This document shows positions 60,663 to 64,000 of a DNA stretch of 64,000 nt, in pieces. Below the pieces are notes generated by a model that worked only from the letters and a program-made list of their open reading frames with translations, made no database searches and had not been told where the DNA came from. How positions within the stretch are numbered: position 1 is the stretch's first letter; each line of letters begins with the position of its first letter. The stretch is taken from assembly GCA_031285625.1 (NCBI GenBank), contig JAITVV010000025.1, forward strand, positions 32,005 through 96,004. The letters run 5' to 3'. This DNA is from Prevotella sp. (GTDB lineage: Bacteria; Bacteroidota; Bacteroidia; Bacteroidales; Dysgonomonadaceae). The position numbers and the translations under genes are program-made.

Positions 60663-62219
60663 CTGAGAGCGACAAATTGAAGATTTCTTCTTTTTGTCGC
60701 TTTTTTCATTTCTATAACTTGCTATTTCTGTGTTGATTAAATGAAGAAATGAATTGTGTTTTGCAGTTCGATAACCTTCAATTTTTTGGTCATAGAAAAC
60801 ACCCTCAGGAAACACTAAATTTTGCAATTTTTCTTTCTTTACAATATCAAATTCTTTCCATAAACTACCTAATTTACAAGACATTTGCAGTGCATAATCT
60901 ACATACGGTTCATAGTTCGATAAATTTATTTCAGCAATTTCAAGTTTTTGCTTTAAATCAGTCAACTGTGGTGCAAGTTCGTTATGTACTGCATCATATA
61001 TATCTTTATCTATTTCACCGCACCCATATTTAACTTTGGCTGTTTGTATTTTATTCTCTATTTCTGTAATTCTTGTTTTAAACTGTTTTTGTTGGTTTAT
61101 AGCAATCTTATTCCAATCATTGAACAAATCCTTCATCATACATGAAAGAACAGGTTTAAACGCATCTGGAATACTGTATGAGCGTAATATATTAGAGTAT
61201 TGATTGTGTATCATCTCGCCCGAATAGTTTTTGCAACAACCAACAGTATTGCATTTATAATATATATATCTGCCTTTTTTAGTATAACTTGTTAAACTTA
61301 CTCCACATTCAGCACAAAATACATGTCTTCTTAATGGGTAGCTATCATTGATTCGCTCATGTTTGTAAGCGTATTTCTTTGATGTAGCTATGCCATTTGC
61401 CAAATCGAATAATTCTACTGATACAAGAGGTTTGAAGTTGGTAGCTTCTACCAACTCATCCCCTAACATTTTATGTTTGATATATCCCTTATAGAATGGG
61501 TTTCTAAAAATCTTAGATAACTCCTGTTTGGTCAGATTTAATCCCTCTTCACTTCTTAGTTTGAATAAAATCTCGCTGTTTGCTAAATTATCATAGGCTT
61601 TCCATTCAAAAGCCTTCCTAATGGATTCACCTTCCTTATTAATCACAATCTTGGTGGTTTCTTTACCATTGACAGTTTCTTTCACCTTCGTATATCCAAT
61701 TGGTGGTTTGAATGTACATATGCCCTTTTCTAACTTATTTTTTATACCTGTAAGACACTTCTTCCTTCGTTGCATATTATCATATTTCCCCATGATGAAG
61801 TGTATATCTTGCATCAATACACCTGAATCGGTTGATGTATCTATCGGTTGTGTTACTGAATGAAGATAGATACCTTCTTCTAACAATTCATCTTTCAATA
61901 CGATTGCACCGCCCCCACTTCGTGAAAAGCGGTCTAAGTCGAAAACCAATATTGTATTAATCTTTCTATTCTTTTTCGCATCAGTAATCATTTTGTTAAA
62001 CTCTTTCCTGTCGTCAGTTTTAGCTGATTCAAAAGTTAAGCCATAAGACTGGACTATTTCAATATTGTTTCTGGTAGCATAATCAATTATATACTTCATT
62101 TGTGTTTCTATGCTGCAATTATTATCAAACTGTTTCTTTGTTGATACCCTTGCATATGTATAGGCGAATAAGCCAGCTTCTGTTTTAGTTCTTTGCGTTT
62201 TTATATTATTCTTTTTCAT
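60654..62219 (-). CDS. Large serine recombinase (integrase)
   Basis: YARVSTKKQ catalytic Ser motif, ESAKTDDR, DLDRFSR, PPIGY recombinase domain, Zn ribbon CAECG...YYKCNTVGC, coiled coil. Confidence 0.93.
   Translation of the reverse strand: MKKNNIKTQRTKTEAGLFAYTYARVSTKKQFDNNCSIETQMKYIIDYATRNNIEIVQSYGLTFESAKTDDRKEFNKMITDAKKNRKINTILVFDLDRFSRSGGGAIVLKDELLEEGIYLHSVTQPIDTSTDSGVLMQDIHFIMGKYDNMQRRKKCLTGIKNKLEKGICTFKPPIGYTKVKETVNGKETTKIVINKEGESIRKAFEWKAYDNLANSEILFKLRSEEGLNLTKQELSKIFRNPFYKGYIKHKMLGDELVEATNFKPLVSVELFDLANGIATSKKYAYKHERINDSYPLRRHVFCAECGVSLTSYTKKGRYIYYKCNTVGCCKNYSGEMIHNQYSNILRSYSIPDAFKPVLSCMMKDLFNDWNKIAINQQKQFKTRITEIENKIQTAKVKYGCGEIDKDIYDAVHNELAPQLTDLKQKLEIAEINLSNYEPYVDYALQMSCKLGSLWKEFDIVKKEKLQNLVFPEGVFYDQKIEGYRTAKHNSFLHLINTEIASYRNEKSDKKKKSSICRSQCA
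60668..60706 (+). terminator. tRNA terminator overlapping the integrase 3' end in antisense
   Basis: AGCGACAAA/TTTGTCGCT stem with inner GAAG/CTTC and T tract. Confidence 0.7.
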
Positions 62220-62224
62220 CTTAA

Positions 62225-62386
62225 TTAATTATCTAATTTATTATTTATTCTAAATTGCTCATAAGTAAGTTGAGCATACAAATACATCTGGCTTAATACA
62301 GATTGTAATTCTTTTTCATCTGCAAACTCTACATTATTCTTTTTGAAAATTTCTTCATATTTTCTAATTTGTTCTTCATTAAACAT
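62225..62386 (-). CDS. Small 53-aa protein directly upstream of the integrase (not in the ORF track)
   Basis: Hand translation MFNEEQIRKYEEIFKKNNVEFADEKELQSVLSQMYLYAQLTYEQFRINNKLDN*; stop is 5 nt before the integrase ATG. Confidence 0.65.
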   Translation of the reverse strand: MFNEEQIRKYEEIFKKNNVEFADEKELQSVLSQMYLYAQLTYEQFRINNKLDN

Positions 62387-62673
62387 CCATAAAGATTTTA
62401 CACCTTTATTTTTTCCACAATAGCAATGCTATTGATATTCTTTTTTAAGAAAAAATACCAATCAACATATATTAGTAAGCTACTGGGTGACTACTTCCTA
62501 TGTTTGTGTTTTAACTAATATTTGCAATTGTACTATTTTTATTTTTCATTCCCAAATTCTGGCGTAATTTTTTTCTGGAATTTTTTTTATAGCACATCGA
62601 CACCTTCAGAATAATAGTACTCATATTTTGAGGACATAGCTTTTGTAAATTGACTCAGGATACCTTGGCGTAG

Positions 62674-62698
62674 GGGGTAGGTGGGGGATACCTACCCC
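62674..62698. repeat. GC-rich inverted repeat between the two recombinase genes
   Basis: GGGGTAGGT-GGGGGAT-ACCTACCCC, immediately after the small recombinase stop; no U tract. Confidence 0.7.
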
Positions 62699-62700
62699 TG

Positions 62701-63321
62701 TTACATTATTGCTTTAATTCTTCTTAAAGTATTTACGCTGGTATTCGTAATCTTTTGTATATTTCTGAGCGAATAACCCTTTCTCAATAGTTTGATATCT
62801 TCTGCATATTGGTTTTTCATAGCCTCATTATCTTTCCTATAACCAACTTTACGACCAACTGAACCCCCATTTTTAATGAAGTTTTGATAACCTGACCGCA
62901 TGCGTTCTCTAATGTTACCTTTTTCAAGATTAGCTATTTCAGATAGTAATGAAACAAGTAATTGAGCCATTGGGTTTACCTTCTTGTCTTCTGTTAATGT
63001 TTCAATATTAAGGTTTTGAATATATACTGAGACTTTATTCTCATTTAATAATGAAATAGTTTCAAGTAAGCCTAATTGGGTCCTATGTAATCGTGAAACT
63101 TCACTAACTAACACCTTATCGATATTGTTGTCTTTTACATAATTAATCATACGCAATAGCTCAGCTCTATCCTCTTGGCGTTTAGTCCCACTTACCTTTT
63201 CAGCAAATACACAATCAATTATCATATCGTTTCGCCTAGCAAAAGTGGTTAGGTCATTAATTTGCCTATTGAAATCTTGATTTAAAGTTGATACCCTTGC
63301 GTATATAACTACTTTCTTCAT
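62701..63321 (-). CDS. Small serine recombinase (resolvase/invertase family) with C-terminal HTH
   Basis: YARVSTLNQ, EKVSG, SEVSRLHR, IRERMRSG, VGRK and GYSLRNI..IT.TSVNT HTH. Confidence 0.92.
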   Translation of the reverse strand: MKKVVIYARVSTLNQDFNRQINDLTTFARRNDMIIDCVFAEKVSGTKRQEDRAELLRMINYVKDNNIDKVLVSEVSRLHRTQLGLLETISLLNENKVSVYIQNLNIETLTEDKKVNPMAQLLVSLLSEIANLEKGNIRERMRSGYQNFIKNGGSVGRKVGYRKDNEAMKNQYAEDIKLLRKGYSLRNIQKITNTSVNTLRRIKAIM

Positions 63322-63346
63322 AATCTGACTTTCATTAATTACAAAT

Positions 63347-63426
63347 CAAAGGTAATTATATTTAATATATCTACCAAATGAAATGGTATATATTTTTATT
63401 ATATTTACTAAAATACTATATCTTTG
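63347..63426. promoter_or_regulatory. Divergent promoter pair
   Basis: TACCTTTG on - strand (63347-63354) toward the resolvase; TATCTTTG on + strand (63419-63426) 5 nt before ATG 63432. Confidence 0.6.
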
Positions 63427-63431
63427 TAGTT

Positions 63432-63662
63432 ATGAAAGAAAAAGAATCACAACAAAGACAAGTTATTCATGTACATATTCTGAATATTGATGAACACCTC
63501 TATTTCGGCTCAATACAGGCTATTTACGACACTTTTAGCAAAGATGAGATTGGTATTGCTGCACAGACCTTATATAATCGAGGATTGGATGAAAAGTATG
63601 TAAATGATAAGGTAGTAATTAGAAAGGGTTTACTGCAACAAAAGAAACACCTAAAGAAATAA
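63432..63662 (+). CDS. Small hypothetical protein of Bacteroidales mobile-element type, possibly DNA-binding
   Basis: 76 aa: VIHVH...YFGSIQAIYDTFSKDEIGIAAQTLYN (HTH-like)...VVIRKG. Start chosen from the promoter position. Confidence 0.7.
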   Translation: MKEKESQQRQVIHVHILNIDEHLYFGSIQAIYDTFSKDEIGIAAQTLYNRGLDEKYVNDKVVIRKGLLQQKKHLKK

Positions 63663-63748
63663 TTATTACTTTTGTGCAAGATTATATTTATAGCGATAAG
63701 TATAATCTCATATTTAAAAATAAACGAAGCGTTTAATATTATCCTGTA

Positions 63749-63903
63749 ATAAGAAATCTGGTAAATTTTATAGGTACAAGGATAGTAAGCAGAACGTTCC
63801 ACGTCTTTTATAACAAGGGCGTGGGGCTGTTGCTTATTTGTACCTAGGGCTTACCAGAGCCTCTTATACGATAAGTTAGCAGTTCCCACGTATTCTATGC
63901 TAA
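63749..63903 (+). ncRNA. Candidate structured RNA (long interrupted hairpin plus a second hairpin)
   Basis: Five nested complementary segments, G-U pairs favouring the + strand, and an upstream TACTTTTG promoter at 63667-63674. Confidence 0.6.
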
Positions 63904-64000
63904 TATCCTAATGTTTTATTTGATTTAACAATAAATTAACTGTTTATTATTCTCAGTTGTCCTCTCTTGTATGCGGGATGCATAAAACTTGTACGTGTAT

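Larger units (their letters stand above)
60654..64000. mobile_element. Left end of an integrative element/genomic island at tRNA-Leu(CAG); runs off the window
   Basis: Large serine recombinase abutting the tRNA 3' end, a second serine recombinase, small hypothetical ORFs and visibly AT-richer sequence. The distal att site is not in the window. Confidence 0.8.

Noticed and set aside
60512-60709. 65-aa minus-strand ORF
   Set aside because: It is the antisense of tRNA-Gly and tRNA-Leu; such ORFs are common artefacts.
62141-63300. 13-bp exact repeat TTGATACCCTTGC at the starts of both recombinase genes
   Set aside because: Explained by the shared ARVST catalytic motif; no evidence that it is an att site.
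63524-63802. 92-aa minus-strand ORF starting inside the hairpin
   Set aside because: GTG start, overlaps the better-supported + strand 76-aa gene in antisense, atypical composition and no promoter seen.

Overview
Chromosomal window from a Bacteroidales bacterium, most likely Dysgonomonas-like. This is inferred from gene content, SusC/SusD, an HTCS and many TAnnTTTG -7 promoters. From left to right it holds: (1) housekeeping genes prfA and pyrF, small accessory genes and a porin-P-II-AmtB nitrogen operon; (2) a ~15 kb minus-strand Wzm/Wzt glycan locus with VioA/WbqC-like genes, many GT2s, FkbM, an acetyltransferase and a fucosyltransferase-like ORF, headed by a tiny lipoprotein rich in O-glycosylation sequons; (3) core genes fadD-like, mtaB, lpxL-like, rpoD, htrA and korAB; (4) a fructose-type polysaccharide utilisation locus (GH32, BT1754-like HTCS, MFS permease, fructokinase, GH172/DUF2961, SusC/D) between two tRNA-Gly/tRNA-Leu pairs; (5) the left end of an integrative element at tRNA-Leu(CAG), with a large and a small serine recombinase. 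The strongest leads are these. A long rod-shaped, potentially two-state RNA lies downstream of its own promoter in the element (about 63667-63903). The integrase stop codon is supplied by the target tRNA. An unannotated 53-aa ORF is coupled to the integrase. A GH172 stands where a fructan PUL normally has its endo-fructanase. Two PUL promoters share an identical 21+21+16 bp architecture. All product calls are by motif recognition only; no database searches were run.
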